A DNA stretch of 64,000 nt from Desulfobacterales bacterium (GTDB lineage: Bacteria; Desulfobacterota; Desulfobacteria; Desulfobacterales; UBA5852): NCBI GenBank assembly GCA_963674755.2, contig CAXXVS010000002.1, forward strand, positions 1,952,001-2,016,000, written 5' to 3'. Within the stretch, counting starts at the first letter, position 1. Every line of letters begins with the position of its first letter. The translations under genes were made by a program, and so were the position numbers. Below the pieces are notes generated by a model. The model had not been told where the DNA came from. It saw nothing but the letters and a program-made list of their open reading frames with translations, and did not search any database. Shown here one piece after another: positions 1 to 9,224 of this stretch.

Positions 1-433
1 CCAGTTTGATGGCCTTGGCCTCGCAGGCCTGATAGCAGTCCTTGCAGCGCTTCTTCTTCAGCCAGGCCAGGCAGGTGTCCTGGTCGATGACGGCGTTGCC
101 GATATCGACCTCGGCCTTGGGAACTTTGGTAATGGCGCCTGTGGGGCAGGCCCGGACGCATTCCATGCAGAAAATGCAATGGCTCGGATCAAGCACCGGC
201 GTGCCCAGATTGACGATGCCCTCCATAAGCGAAGCCGGACGCAAGGCGCCGGCCGGGCAGGCGTCGATACAACGGTAGCAGCGGGCACAGGCCTTGCGAA
301 AGTCGTCTTCCTCCAGGGCGGCCGGCGGCCGGGGCAGGGCCTTGGCATGCCCCACCTTCAGCAATCCGAAAAAGGTGCCGGAAAGGGCCGCACTGACCAG
401 AAAATGAAGGAAATCTCTACGTGGGGGTTCCAT
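1..433 (-). CDS. NapG/MauM-like multi-[4Fe-4S] ferredoxin-type protein, 3' end outside window
   Basis: Own translation from ATG 433: MEPPRRDFLHFLVSAALSG...PRPPAALEEDDFRKACARCYRCIDACP...CIFCMECVRACPTGAI...CLAW...CKDCYQAC. Shows an RR-x-FL signal and CxxCxxCxxxCP motifs. Absent from the ORF track because it runs off the window. Confidence 0.8.
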   Translation of the reverse strand, partial: MEPPRRDFLHFLVSAALSGTFFGLLKVGHAKALPRPPAALEEDDFRKACARCYRCIDACPAGALRPASLMEGIVNLGTPVLDPSHCIFCMECVRACPTGAITKVPKAEVDIGNAVIDQDTCLAWLKKKRCKDCYQACEAKAIKL

Positions 434-478
434 GGCGCCTCACGCGATCCTGCTGTCTAGCTGTCAGTTGCCGAAACC

Positions 479-507
479 GGGGCCGCGCCGCCCGCCGGCG
501 CGGCCCC
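479..507. terminator. GC-rich hairpin between aor and the ferredoxin gene
   Basis: GGGGCCGCGCCG-CCCGC-CGGCGCGGCCCC, perfect 12-bp stem; terminator or mRNA-stabilising hairpin. Confidence 0.4.
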
Positions 508-524
508 GTGTTTTATGACATCCC

Positions 525-2321
525 TCAGGCCGCCGTCTGCACATCGTCGACGGCGAACTCAAGCCCCAGCTCCTTAAGGGTTTTCTCCGTGGGGATGCCG
601 TTGTCGTCCCAGCCGAAATAGGCATAGTAGTCGTCCTGCACCTTTTTCATCTCGGCGGGGGAAAACACCGCTCCCTTTTTGGGCCCTTCCGGCAGGGGCT
701 CCGTCAGCATCCGCTTGGGCAGGGTATCGTCCTTGCGGCTGGTCCCCTCCCGGACATTGAAGCAGCGCTCCAGGGTCCGGATGCGGCGGGCCGTAGCCAT
801 CAGCTCGGCTTCGTCCATATCCCATCCGCAAAGGGGATTGAGCATGTCCACAAACATTTGGGGCGACCAGTAGCCCCCCACAAAGCTGCAGATCACCAGC
901 GAGTTGTGCAGGCAGCGCTGGGCCTGTCCGGCCGGACTGTTGCCTTCGTGGTGGTCCCCGCCGCAGGTGCCCATGGCATAGCTGACCCCGCGGGGTTTGT
1001 CGCCGCGCGGATCGTGGGCCGCCATTTCCTTGCCCTTGACCACGCAGGCAAAATCCGCAGCGTTGCCGCCCAGTTCCTTGGCCATGGCGGAAACCCCCTG
1101 GGCCAGGAATTGTCCGGCCTGGCCCTCCTTGTAGGCGATCTTGCGGACCAGTTCGATCACGGCCTCGCCGTCGCCCCACTCGAGGGTCATGCCGTCAAAC
1201 TTGTCGGCCGTGAGCAGACCCCGCTGAAACGCTTCCATGGCAAAGCCGATACAGCCGCCGGTGGAGATGGAATCCAGCCCCATGGCGTCGCACAGCTCGA
1301 TGGCCGCCATCATCAGGTCGAAATCCGCCAGCCCCAGGTTGCTGCCCAGCAGTCCGCCGGTTTCGTACTCGGGCCCTTCGGCGATGAGGCCGTCATAGTC
1401 GCCGCCCCGGATCACCCCGAGCTTCATGCAGTGGTTCGGGCAGTTGTAGCAGGCGCTGTGTTTTTTCCAGAACCGGCGGTTGGCCTCTTCCGCCCCGATC
1501 TCCTCGACATCCGGATACCAGGTCGTCTGAAAGTTCTTGGTGATCAGGGAGCCGGTAACATGGTTTTTGAATTCCAGCAGGCCGGCCGTCCCCCAGCGTT
1601 TGAGTCCCTGCCAGCCTTCTTTCTTGATGGAAAACTGTTTGTTGGCCTCGGCCGCCTTGTTAAACGCATCACGGTCCACCACCGGCACATAGCGGGTCCC
1701 CCGCAACGCGATCGCCTTGAGCTTCTTGCCCCCCATCAGGGCACCGGTGCCGGTCCGGGCCGCCGCCCGGAAGCGTTCCACCATCACGGCGGCGTATCCC
1801 ACCTGGTTTTCTCCGCCGGGACCAATGGAGGCCACCTTGACGTAGGGGTCCTTGACTTCTTCGAGAATGGTCTCTTCGGTCACATGGGTATCTTTACCCC
1901 ACAACTTGCCGGCGTCCTTGAATTCGACCTTGTCGTTGCGGACGTACAGGTAGACCGGCTTTTTCGATTGGCCGGTAATCAGAATCCCGTCCCATCCGGC
2001 CCACTTGAGTTCGTTGCCGATAAAACTGCCCACTTCGGCATGACTTAAACGCCCGGTATAGGGACTCTTATTGACAAAGCTGCAGCGGGTCGAAGCACAG
2101 GCCGTTCCCGACAGGGGACCGGCCCCCATGAAGATCGGGCTGTCCGCCGCCATGGGGTCGTGCTTGGGCTTGAGCCGCTGGAACAGCAGATAACAGCCCA
2201 GACCGGCCCCGCCGATGTAACGCCGACAGGTATCCTCATCGATCGCCAAGGTTTTGTAGGTCTGCGTGGTCAAATCGACTTCGAGAACCCGTCCGAAATG
2301 GCCGCCTTTGGGATTTGCCAT
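525..2321 (-). CDS. aor: Aldehyde:ferredoxin oxidoreductase family (tungstopterin) large subunit
   Basis: 598 aa; VNKSPYTG, ELKWAGWDGI, ASIGPGGEN, MGGKKLKAI, CYNCPNHC, GPEYET, GLDSISTG, DDTLPKR, YYAYFGWD motifs typical of AOR. Confidence 0.9.
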   Translation of the reverse strand: MANPKGGHFGRVLEVDLTTQTYKTLAIDEDTCRRYIGGAGLGCYLLFQRLKPKHDPMAADSPIFMGAGPLSGTACASTRCSFVNKSPYTGRLSHAEVGSFIGNELKWAGWDGILITGQSKKPVYLYVRNDKVEFKDAGKLWGKDTHVTEETILEEVKDPYVKVASIGPGGENQVGYAAVMVERFRAAARTGTGALMGGKKLKAIALRGTRYVPVVDRDAFNKAAEANKQFSIKKEGWQGLKRWGTAGLLEFKNHVTGSLITKNFQTTWYPDVEEIGAEEANRRFWKKHSACYNCPNHCMKLGVIRGGDYDGLIAEGPEYETGGLLGSNLGLADFDLMMAAIELCDAMGLDSISTGGCIGFAMEAFQRGLLTADKFDGMTLEWGDGEAVIELVRKIAYKEGQAGQFLAQGVSAMAKELGGNAADFACVVKGKEMAAHDPRGDKPRGVSYAMGTCGGDHHEGNSPAGQAQRCLHNSLVICSFVGGYWSPQMFVDMLNPLCGWDMDEAELMATARRIRTLERCFNVREGTSRKDDTLPKRMLTEPLPEGPKKGAVFSPAEMKKVQDDYYAYFGWDDNGIPTEKTLKELGLEFAVDDVQTAA

Positions 2322-2323
2322 GA

Positions 2324-3040
2324 TCAGGACCTCCTTTCGCCGTCTTCATTGGGGTAGAACATGTCGATGATCAGGTCTTCACCAGCTTGCTGCGGCGTGA
2401 CGTTCCGGTAGGACTGATTCACCCCGAAGCCGAGTTTGCCGGCCATCAGGCAGGGCCCCACCGGATTGCCGGATTGGGCTTCGCAGGCCTTTACACACTC
2501 GGGATCCCCATCACAAAGGTCACACATCAACGGCAATCCGTTTTCCTCGTCCCGCCGGATGAATTTCGACGGGCAGGCTTCGATGCATTTGTTGCATTTG
2601 GCACCGAGACAGAGCTTGGCATCCAGCTTGATGCCGTTGGTCTTCTCATCTTTCTGGATGGCTTTGGGGTTGGTGGGGCAGGCCTTGATACAGGGCGCAT
2701 CGTCGCAATGCCAGCAGATCACCGGGACATCGACCACGCCTTTGTGCTTGTAAACGTGAATCCGCGATTTGGCCGGCCATACCACCTTCTCGTGGTGCAG
2801 GCTGCAGGCGTATTCGCAGGCCCGGCACCCGACGCAGTTCTGCCGCTCGGCAAACAAATACCGCATCTGGGGGTTCGGTTGGGCCGGCTCGGCAGCCGCC
2901 GCCGACCGCCGGGGCGGCCCAATCGTGGTGGACGCCAGAGCGATTCCGGCCGCGGTGCCGACTTCCTTTAAAAAGGTCCTGCGACTGGTCTTCTTATCCA
3001 GAAACTTGTCGCTTCCGCTATCCATCGGTTTCTTCTCCAT
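2324..3040 (-). CDS. 4Fe-4S dicluster electron-transfer subunit with twin-arginine signal
   Basis: Start chosen at ATG 3040 (AAGGAGG upstream). SRRTFLKEVG signal; CVGCRACEYAC, CWHCDDAPCIKACP, CNKCIEACP, CDLCDGDPECVKAC. Confidence 0.85.
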   Translation of the reverse strand: MEKKPMDSGSDKFLDKKTSRRTFLKEVGTAAGIALASTTIGPPRRSAAAAEPAQPNPQMRYLFAERQNCVGCRACEYACSLHHEKVVWPAKSRIHVYKHKGVVDVPVICWHCDDAPCIKACPTNPKAIQKDEKTNGIKLDAKLCLGAKCNKCIEACPSKFIRRDEENGLPLMCDLCDGDPECVKACEAQSGNPVGPCLMAGKLGFGVNQSYRNVTPQQAGEDLIIDMFYPNEDGERRS

Positions 3041-3269
3041 CCACGACCTCCTTCCCGTAGGGGGGTTCTTGGGCTTCTTTTCCAGCCTGTTGCGCCTTGC
3101 CGAAGCGGCCCCCGGGCCTGATTCTCTTCCGGGCACCGCAACCATTGGATGCCCGGGGGGGACGGAGATGCGTCAGAAAGCGCCTGTTGGTGGCATGGGT
3201 TACCGATAGCAGGACAATGACAGCCCGACAATTCGGGATATCACTCAATTGGATGGGGGTAGTACTACC

Positions 3270-3416
3270 TAGTGTCTGTTCAGAGATGGCATCTTTTGGC
3301 CCCTGGCGGCGTTCTCGCCTCCTGTCGGTCCTCGGCGTAGCCGGGCTACGCCTGTGGGCGCCCGTCGGCTGCGGCCTTGCCAGGAACCAAAATCTACCAT
3401 CTCTGGGCAGACACCA
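3270..3416 (+). repeat. MITE-like palindromic element, copy 1
   Basis: Ends AGTGTCTGTTCAGAGATGG / CCATCTCTGGGCAGACAC; shares GGCATCTTTTGGCCCCTGG, GGCGTAGCCGGGCTACGCC and GGAACCAAAATCTACCA with copies at 8938, 15353 and 58583. Confidence 0.8.
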
Positions 3417-3556
3417 CATAGGCGAAAACTCGGCCGTCGAACAATCAGCGCAAATCAGGACAGATAATAGAATAGTGGCCGTCCACCGGCGGCGGAGCCG
3501 AGGCTGCAAGATACCCGTTATGGATGGGCACTGGGATAGGGCTACACAGGCAGGTG

Positions 3557-4207
3557 CTATTCGGAGGTATAGCCTTTACGGATGGCGTACTTGACGAGAT
3601 CGGCCAGGCTTTTCAAGCCCAGCTTCTTCATGATGCTGGCCCGGTGGTGTTCCACGGTCCGGGTACTGATGCACAACAGGTCGGCAATCTCCCGATTTGG
3701 GGCTCCCTCGGCAATCAATTTGATGACCTCCGATTCGCGGACTGTCAGCGGAGGGGCATCCAGCCGGCCGCCGCTGCGTGCCAGAAAAGCCAAACCTTCG
3801 GTCAAATCCTGCTGTAAAAGGGGCGAGAGGAATTTTTTGCCCTGACGGACGGTCTCCACGGCCAGGAGCAGTTCGGTATCCGAATCCTCTTTGAGAAGGT
3901 AACCGTCGGCCCCGGCGGCAAAGGCGTGGTAGATGTATTCGCGGTTTTTATGCATGGAAACCACCAGAATCCGCATGGGGGGGTATAGGGAGCGGATCTC
4001 GCGGACCGCTTCGATGCCCCGCAAGCGGGGCATGGCCACATCGACCAGCACCATGTCCGGGGTCATGCGCTGCAGCAGTTTCAGCAGTTCCAGACCGTCA
4101 CCGGCCTCGCCGATCACCTCCAGATCCGGCTGGCTGTCGATCATCATCTGCAATCCCCGACGCATGAGGATGTGGTCGTCCGCGATGACGATGCGGCAGG
4201 AGGTCAT
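3557..4207 (-). CDS. NarL/LuxR-family response regulator
   Basis: IVIADDH...DMVLVDVAMP...GYLLKE receiver plus LTVRESEVIKLIAEG...STRTVEHHRASIMKKL HTH; alternative start 4225. Confidence 0.92.
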   Translation of the reverse strand: MTSCRIVIADDHILMRRGLQMMIDSQPDLEVIGEAGDGLELLKLLQRMTPDMVLVDVAMPRLRGIEAVREIRSLYPPMRILVVSMHKNREYIYHAFAAGADGYLLKEDSDTELLLAVETVRQGKKFLSPLLQQDLTEGLAFLARSGGRLDAPPLTVRESEVIKLIAEGAPNREIADLLCISTRTVEHHRASIMKKLGLKSLADLVKYAIRKGYTSE

Positions 4208-4208
4208 G

Positions 4209-5858
4209 TCAGCGAACCCCTTCATCGATCGGGATGGTCACCCGGAGGCAGGTACCACGGCCGGGGTGGGAGTCGACCACGAGCCGACCGCCGAGCATAC
4301 GGGCGCGCTCTCCCATGGTGACGAGACCGAAACCGTCTGTGGGGGATTGCCGCCGTCGCGCCCCATCCGGATCCATGCCCTTGCCATTGTCGGTGATTTC
4401 ACAGCATACGCTCCCCGGGGTGCGTTGCATGGCCACCCGCACCCGGGAGGCCTCGGCGTGCTTGTAGATGTTGTTCAAGGCTTCCTGGAAAATCCGGTAA
4501 ATCATCAATTGGGCATCCCGGCGGAAGATATGGTCGACATTGTCCAACTCCACGGAAAACGCGCAATCCAAATACCGGACGAACTCCTCGAACAGCCAGC
4601 GCAGCGCGGCATTGAGCCCGAGATCCTCCAGAACCGCCGGCGTCAGATCATGGCAAAGCCGGCGGACGTTGTTAATGATGCCCGCTATATAGGTCAGGGT
4701 CTGTTCGCAATCGGCGCGCAGGTCGTTTTGGGCCGGCTCCAGCTTCATCTGGACGGCCCGGACCTGGAGCTTCAGCAGGGCCAGGGACTGCCCAAGTTCG
4801 TCGTGCAGGGCCCGGAAAATACGGTGACGCTCCTCCTCCTGGGCCTCGATCAGCTTCGAGGACATGCTGCGCAATTCACGGGTGGTGTTGCGGGCGGCCC
4901 CATCGGCATTTTCGCGTTCCACCGCCAATGCCAGCATATTGCCCACCCCCTGGAGAAAATCGATATCGATCTGGGAAAACGGCCGCGGCCGGGTGGCAAA
5001 GGCCCCGACCACGCCATATTGTGCGGATTCCCGGCGGACCGCCACGATCACCCCGCTCACCGCACCGAGTTTTGCGACCAGGGGGAATGCGTCCCGGAGA
5101 AGGGGGGCTTCGTTCAGGTCCTCGATCACCACCGGAGCATCAAATGTCATCGTGCACCGGAGTCGTTGGGGATAGCCGTCTTCACCGGTCAGGCTTCGGA
5201 CGACATTTTTTTCCCTGACTGCGCCGGCATGCATCTGATAACCGTCACCGTCTGGCAGAGCATCCAGAATCAGACCATATTCGACCCCCAGCACCTCGGC
5301 AACCATTGCGGCCGCCTCATCGAACAGGCGGTCGCAGGCAATGCCTGAAAGGGCCCGTTGGCCAAGATCCACGACGGCCTTCTGCTGAAGGACACGACAA
5401 TCGAGTTCGGCCTCGGTACGCTTCATCTCGCTGATGTCCACGGCCAGACCGGCCACACCGATAATGTCGCCCGCTTGGTTGTAAAAAGGAATTTTCTCGG
5501 TGCGCAGCCAGCGCTGCGTGTCGGTTATATGGGTCATCGTAATGTTGCGTTTGGGTCGGCCGCTCTCGATCACCTCCCGGTCATCTTCCCAATAGGCCGT
5601 GGCCATCCCGGGATCGGAAAGGAAATCGCCCACCGATTTTCCGATGATCTCCTCCTTGGGCAATCCGACCGCCTCGGCATAGGCGCGGTTGACCTGGACG
5701 AAACGATTGTCCCGGTTTTTGAAGAAGACCATGGCGGGAACCGCATCGAGCAGGCGTTCCCACTCTTTGCGAAGCCGCTGAAACTTCATGTCGTTTGGTG
5801 TTTCCTGCCCCATGCACTCTCTCGGAAAGCCCCACCTAACCGGCACCGTTATTTTCAT
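4209..5858 (-). CDS. PAS/GAF sensor histidine kinase (HisKA_3, NarX type)
   Basis: PAS (VFFKNRDNRFVQVN), GAF, EEERHRIFRALHDELGQ H-box, QEALNNIYKHA, DNGKG, GFGL; start uncertain. Confidence 0.9.
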   Translation of the reverse strand: MKITVPVRWGFPRECMGQETPNDMKFQRLRKEWERLLDAVPAMVFFKNRDNRFVQVNRAYAEAVGLPKEEIIGKSVGDFLSDPGMATAYWEDDREVIESGRPKRNITMTHITDTQRWLRTEKIPFYNQAGDIIGVAGLAVDISEMKRTEAELDCRVLQQKAVVDLGQRALSGIACDRLFDEAAAMVAEVLGVEYGLILDALPDGDGYQMHAGAVREKNVVRSLTGEDGYPQRLRCTMTFDAPVVIEDLNEAPLLRDAFPLVAKLGAVSGVIVAVRRESAQYGVVGAFATRPRPFSQIDIDFLQGVGNMLALAVERENADGAARNTTRELRSMSSKLIEAQEEERHRIFRALHDELGQSLALLKLQVRAVQMKLEPAQNDLRADCEQTLTYIAGIINNVRRLCHDLTPAVLEDLGLNAALRWLFEEFVRYLDCAFSVELDNVDHIFRRDAQLMIYRIFQEALNNIYKHAEASRVRVAMQRTPGSVCCEITDNGKGMDPDGARRRQSPTDGFGLVTMGERARMLGGRLVVDSHPGRGTCLRVTIPIDEGVR

Positions 5859-5942
5859 TCCTGGAAGGCCTACTCTCTGGCATAATCAGATTCGATTTTT
5901 TTTTCAACGCCAAAGGCGAGCGGCAACCCGGGCGATTCGGCT

Positions 5943-5972
5943 TTGACAACAAACGCCGGCATGCCTTATGGT
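5943..5972 (+). promoter_or_regulatory. Sigma70-like promoter for mltG
   Basis: TTGACA (5943-5948), 18 nt, TATGGT (5967-5972). Confidence 0.45.
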
Positions 5973-6011
5973 AGTCCTTCTGATACGATGTAACACAGGA
6001 AATGATGAAGA

Positions 6012-7034
6012 ATGTTCAAAAAAGCGGGGGCCATCCTTTTCGCTCTGGCCTTTGTCGGAATCGGAATCGCCGGCCTGCTCTATATGCATCTCATGTCCTG
6101 GGCACAGCAGCCGGCGGGGACGGTCGCAACCGAAAAGCTGTTCGCCATCGCCCCCGGACAGGGTCTGCGTAAGATCGCCGATGGCTTGCAGCAGGAGGGC
6201 TTGGTTGGGGATGCCCTGCGTTTTACCATCCTGGCCCGGCTCTCCGGGCAAGACAAGCTGATCAAGGCGGGCGAGTATGCCTTGGCAGCCACCATGACCC
6301 CCCATGAAATCCTGGGCCAGATGGTGGCGGGCCGGGTTCACCTCTACCGGCTCACGATTCCGGAAGGGTTTAATCTGCATCAAATTGCCGCCGCCGTCGC
6401 GGCCGCCGGTCTGGCATCGGAGGCGGACTTCCTGGCCACCGCCCGCAATCCGCAAACCGCCGAAGCCTTGGGCATTCCGGGCAAGACCGTGGAGGGATAC
6501 CTGTTCCCCGACACTTACTATTTCCCACGGGGAATGAACTGCACCGCCATCATCACCACCATGGTCAGGCGCTTCGAGACGGCTTTTACGCCGGAATGGC
6601 ATCAACGGGCGGAAGCGCTGGGCCTGAGCGTGCACCAGGTGGTCACCCTGGCTTCCATCATCGAGAAAGAGACCGGGGTTCCCGAGGAACGCCCCCTGAT
6701 CGCCTCGGTTTTTCATAACCGCCTGCGCAAGGGTATGCGTCTGGAAACCGATCCCACCGTCATCTATGGGATCACGGATTTCGACGGCAACCTGACCCGC
6801 AAGCATCTGCGCACCATGACGCCCTACAACACCTATCTCATCAAGGGACTGCCGCCCGGCCCCATCGCCAGCCCGGGGCGGGCCGCCCTGGAAGCCGCCC
6901 TCTATCCGGCCGATACCGACTACCTGTTCTTTGTGGCCCGCAGGGACGGCACCCACCAGTTCTCAAGCACCCTGGCAGAGCACCAGAAGGCGGTCCGCAA
7001 ATACCAGTTGCACCGCAGAGGGAAATCATCGTAA
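6012..7034 (+). CDS. mltG: Endolytic transglycosylase MltG (YceG family)
   Basis: N-terminal TM, TIPEG, EGYLFPDTY, LASIIEKET, NRLRKGMRLETDPTVIYG, PYNTY, GLPPGPI, YLFFVA. Confidence 0.95.
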   Translation: MFKKAGAILFALAFVGIGIAGLLYMHLMSWAQQPAGTVATEKLFAIAPGQGLRKIADGLQQEGLVGDALRFTILARLSGQDKLIKAGEYALAATMTPHEILGQMVAGRVHLYRLTIPEGFNLHQIAAAVAAAGLASEADFLATARNPQTAEALGIPGKTVEGYLFPDTYYFPRGMNCTAIITTMVRRFETAFTPEWHQRAEALGLSVHQVVTLASIIEKETGVPEERPLIASVFHNRLRKGMRLETDPTVIYGITDFDGNLTRKHLRTMTPYNTYLIKGLPPGPIASPGRAALEAALYPADTDYLFFVARRDGTHQFSSTLAEHQKAVRKYQLHRRGKSS

Positions 7035-7099
7035 GGGCGCTATCCTGGATTTCGCCGCCGTAAATCCAAAACCACCATGGAGCGAACCCCATACACCTT

Positions 7100-8092
7100 A
7101 TGACGATCGACACCTTTTCCGATGAACAACTGGCCGGCCAACGCCTGGTGGCGGGCTTCGAAGGACAGACCTTCAACGACGATCTGCGGGTCCTGATCGG
7201 CGATCTCGCCGTGGGCGGCTTGATTTTGTTTTCGCCCAACATCGCCGATCCGGACCAACTCCAGCGTCTCTGCCACGACTGCCAGGCCTATGCCGCCCGC
7301 TGCGGCCAGCCGCCCCTGATCATCGCCGTGGACCAGGAGGGGGGCATCGTGGCCCGCCTGAAAGCCCCCCACTTCACCGAGTTCGCCGGCAACCCCGCCA
7401 TGCGGGATGTGGCCGATGCCCGGACCTTCGCCCGCACCACGGCCCGGGAACTGTCCGCCGCCGGGATCAACATGGACATGGCCCCGGTCATGGACGTGGC
7501 CCCTGAGGATCTCTCCGGCATCATGGCCGACCGGGTCTTCGGCAGCCGCCCCGACCATGTGGCCCGCATGGGCACCGCCCTGATCGAAACCTTGCAGGCC
7601 GGCGGGGTGATGGCCGTGGCCAAGCACTTTCCCGGCATCGGGCGCACCGCGCTGGATTCCCACCTGGATCTGCCCGCCTTCGGCGAAGATCTGGCCGCCA
7701 TGGAAGATGTGGACCTGCCCCCCTTCCGGGCCGCCATCAATCAAAAGGTGGCCGGAATCATGCTCTCCCACATCCTCTATACCCGAATCGACCCCCACTG
7801 GCCGGCCAGCCTCTCGCCGCGCATCGCCCGGGACCTGCTGCGCAATCGCATGGGCTACCAGGGTGTCACCCTTACGGACGATCTGGACATGGGCGCCATC
7901 GTGCGCCATTTCGACATCCGCACCGTCATCCGCCAAGTCATGGCCGCCGAGGTGGATATCGCCCTGATCTGCCACAAGGGACCCCGCATCCGGGAGGGCT
8001 GGGAAGAAATGCGGGACCAGACCCGCCAGCATCCCGAACTGGCCCGCGTTTCGGTGCAGCGCATCCTGGCACTGAAAAACGCCTACCGCTGA
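7100..8092 (+). CDS. nagZ: Beta-N-acetylhexosaminidase (GH3)
   Basis: AVDQEGGIVARL, KHFPGIGRTALDSH, TDDLDMGA. Confidence 0.9.
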   Translation: MTIDTFSDEQLAGQRLVAGFEGQTFNDDLRVLIGDLAVGGLILFSPNIADPDQLQRLCHDCQAYAARCGQPPLIIAVDQEGGIVARLKAPHFTEFAGNPAMRDVADARTFARTTARELSAAGINMDMAPVMDVAPEDLSGIMADRVFGSRPDHVARMGTALIETLQAGGVMAVAKHFPGIGRTALDSHLDLPAFGEDLAAMEDVDLPPFRAAINQKVAGIMLSHILYTRIDPHWPASLSPRIARDLLRNRMGYQGVTLTDDLDMGAIVRHFDIRTVIRQVMAAEVDIALICHKGPRIREGWEEMRDQTRQHPELARVSVQRILALKNAYR

Positions 8093-8160
8093 TAACCGGT
8101 CCGTGGTCATGGCTTAGGGCCGGATGCCGGACAGATGCGGCCAAACACCGTGCCCGTTGC

Positions 8161-8231
8161 CGAAATCGAAATCGGAATCGGAATCGAATCCGTCGAAAAC
8201 ACGATTTGGATAGCGATTTCGAATCCCGATG
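8161..8231. repeat. Hexamer (GAAATC/GGAATC) tandem array with inverted counterpart
   Basis: CGAAATCGAAATCGGAATCGGAATCGAATC followed by CGATTTGGATAGCGATTTCGAATCCCGAT, between convergent genes. Confidence 0.6.
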
Positions 8232-8381
8232 CCGTCGAAGGCCTGTTGTGGAAACCGCAGGCACACGCGAGGCTATCGAACGTTTAGCGTGAGGGTGACC
8301 GACGGAAGGGGCAAGAGGGGAAAAAGCTGGCGAAAGGTGCCCGATCCAAAGATGAAGATTTTTTTATCCTGTTTCTGAACA

Positions 8382-8864
8382 TCACAGCGCGCGGAGGAAG
8401 GTCGACGTCTCTCCGCGGGCGCTTTTTACCACCAGCTCATTTTGCTTAAAGGTCACAATCCTGCCCGTCGTCGTCCTGTCGAGCAACCGTTCGTCTTCAG
8501 CGCTGTCAATGCTCAGCGTGATAGCCTGGCCCTGGACGGTCCAGGTACCCCGAATCGTTCCCGTGGTCCCCTGGTCGAGGGTGTTGCTGATAAATCCCAT
8601 GGGCCGCACCAGCGCCGTGAACCCGCCGTCCGCCCGGAAGCTGATGGACTCTTTTGTTGCGCCGACCGTGCCTTGCCAGTCCCCCACCAGGTTGGTCGCA
8701 TATTGGGACTCGGGGATCGGCGCGCCATCCCGCTCACAGGAAGAGAGCCCCAACACGAGCAGCACCAACAGCAGAGGCCCGAGCATCAACCCCGGAAGAG
8801 ATTTGGGAAAGGCTCCGAACAATTGCCGAAGGTGGGCCTGAGATAATAATTTGCTTTTCAACAT
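8382..8864 (-). CDS. Hypothetical lipoprotein (beta-rich, lipocalin-like pattern)
   Basis: ATG 8864 with AGGAGGGG RBS; hydrophobic stretch then LSSC lipobox; LVGDW...GTWTVQG pattern. Confidence 0.6.
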   Translation of the reverse strand: MLKSKLLSQAHLRQLFGAFPKSLPGLMLGPLLLVLLVLGLSSCERDGAPIPESQYATNLVGDWQGTVGATKESISFRADGGFTALVRPMGFISNTLDQGTTGTIRGTWTVQGQAITLSIDSAEDERLLDRTTTGRIVTFKQNELVVKSARGETSTFLRAL

Positions 8865-8937
8865 GCCGATCACCCCTCCTCTATGATTCAGTACCCCTTT
8901 AGAAATGGCTTCTTTCGGCCCCTGACGAACACGATTC

Positions 8938-9224
8938 AGTGCCCCTCCAGAGGTGGTAGATTTTGGTTCCTGGTCCCGCCGCACAGCGCGGGATTTCAGG
9001 CCTGAGCTTAAAAACTGCGGTGTTCAACAAAGCCGCAGCCGACGGGCGTCCCGCCGAGCGGGACTTCCCATCTGATTGCGTCTTCAACGGTGGGTGCCCA
9101 CAGGCGTAGCCGGCTACGCCGAGGACCGACAGGCGGCGAGAACGCCCGCCTGTCCGCCAAAGGTGGATTTGGTCCACCGGCGGCGGGCCAGGGGCCAAAA
9201 GATGCCATCTATGGATGGGCACTA
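8938..9224 (-). repeat. MITE-like palindromic element, copy 2 (plus a partial end at 8889-8925)
   Basis: Ends AGTGCCCCTCCAGAGGTGG / CCATCTATGGATGGGCACT; same internal motifs as copy 1; overlaps the tsaD stop codon. Confidence 0.8.
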
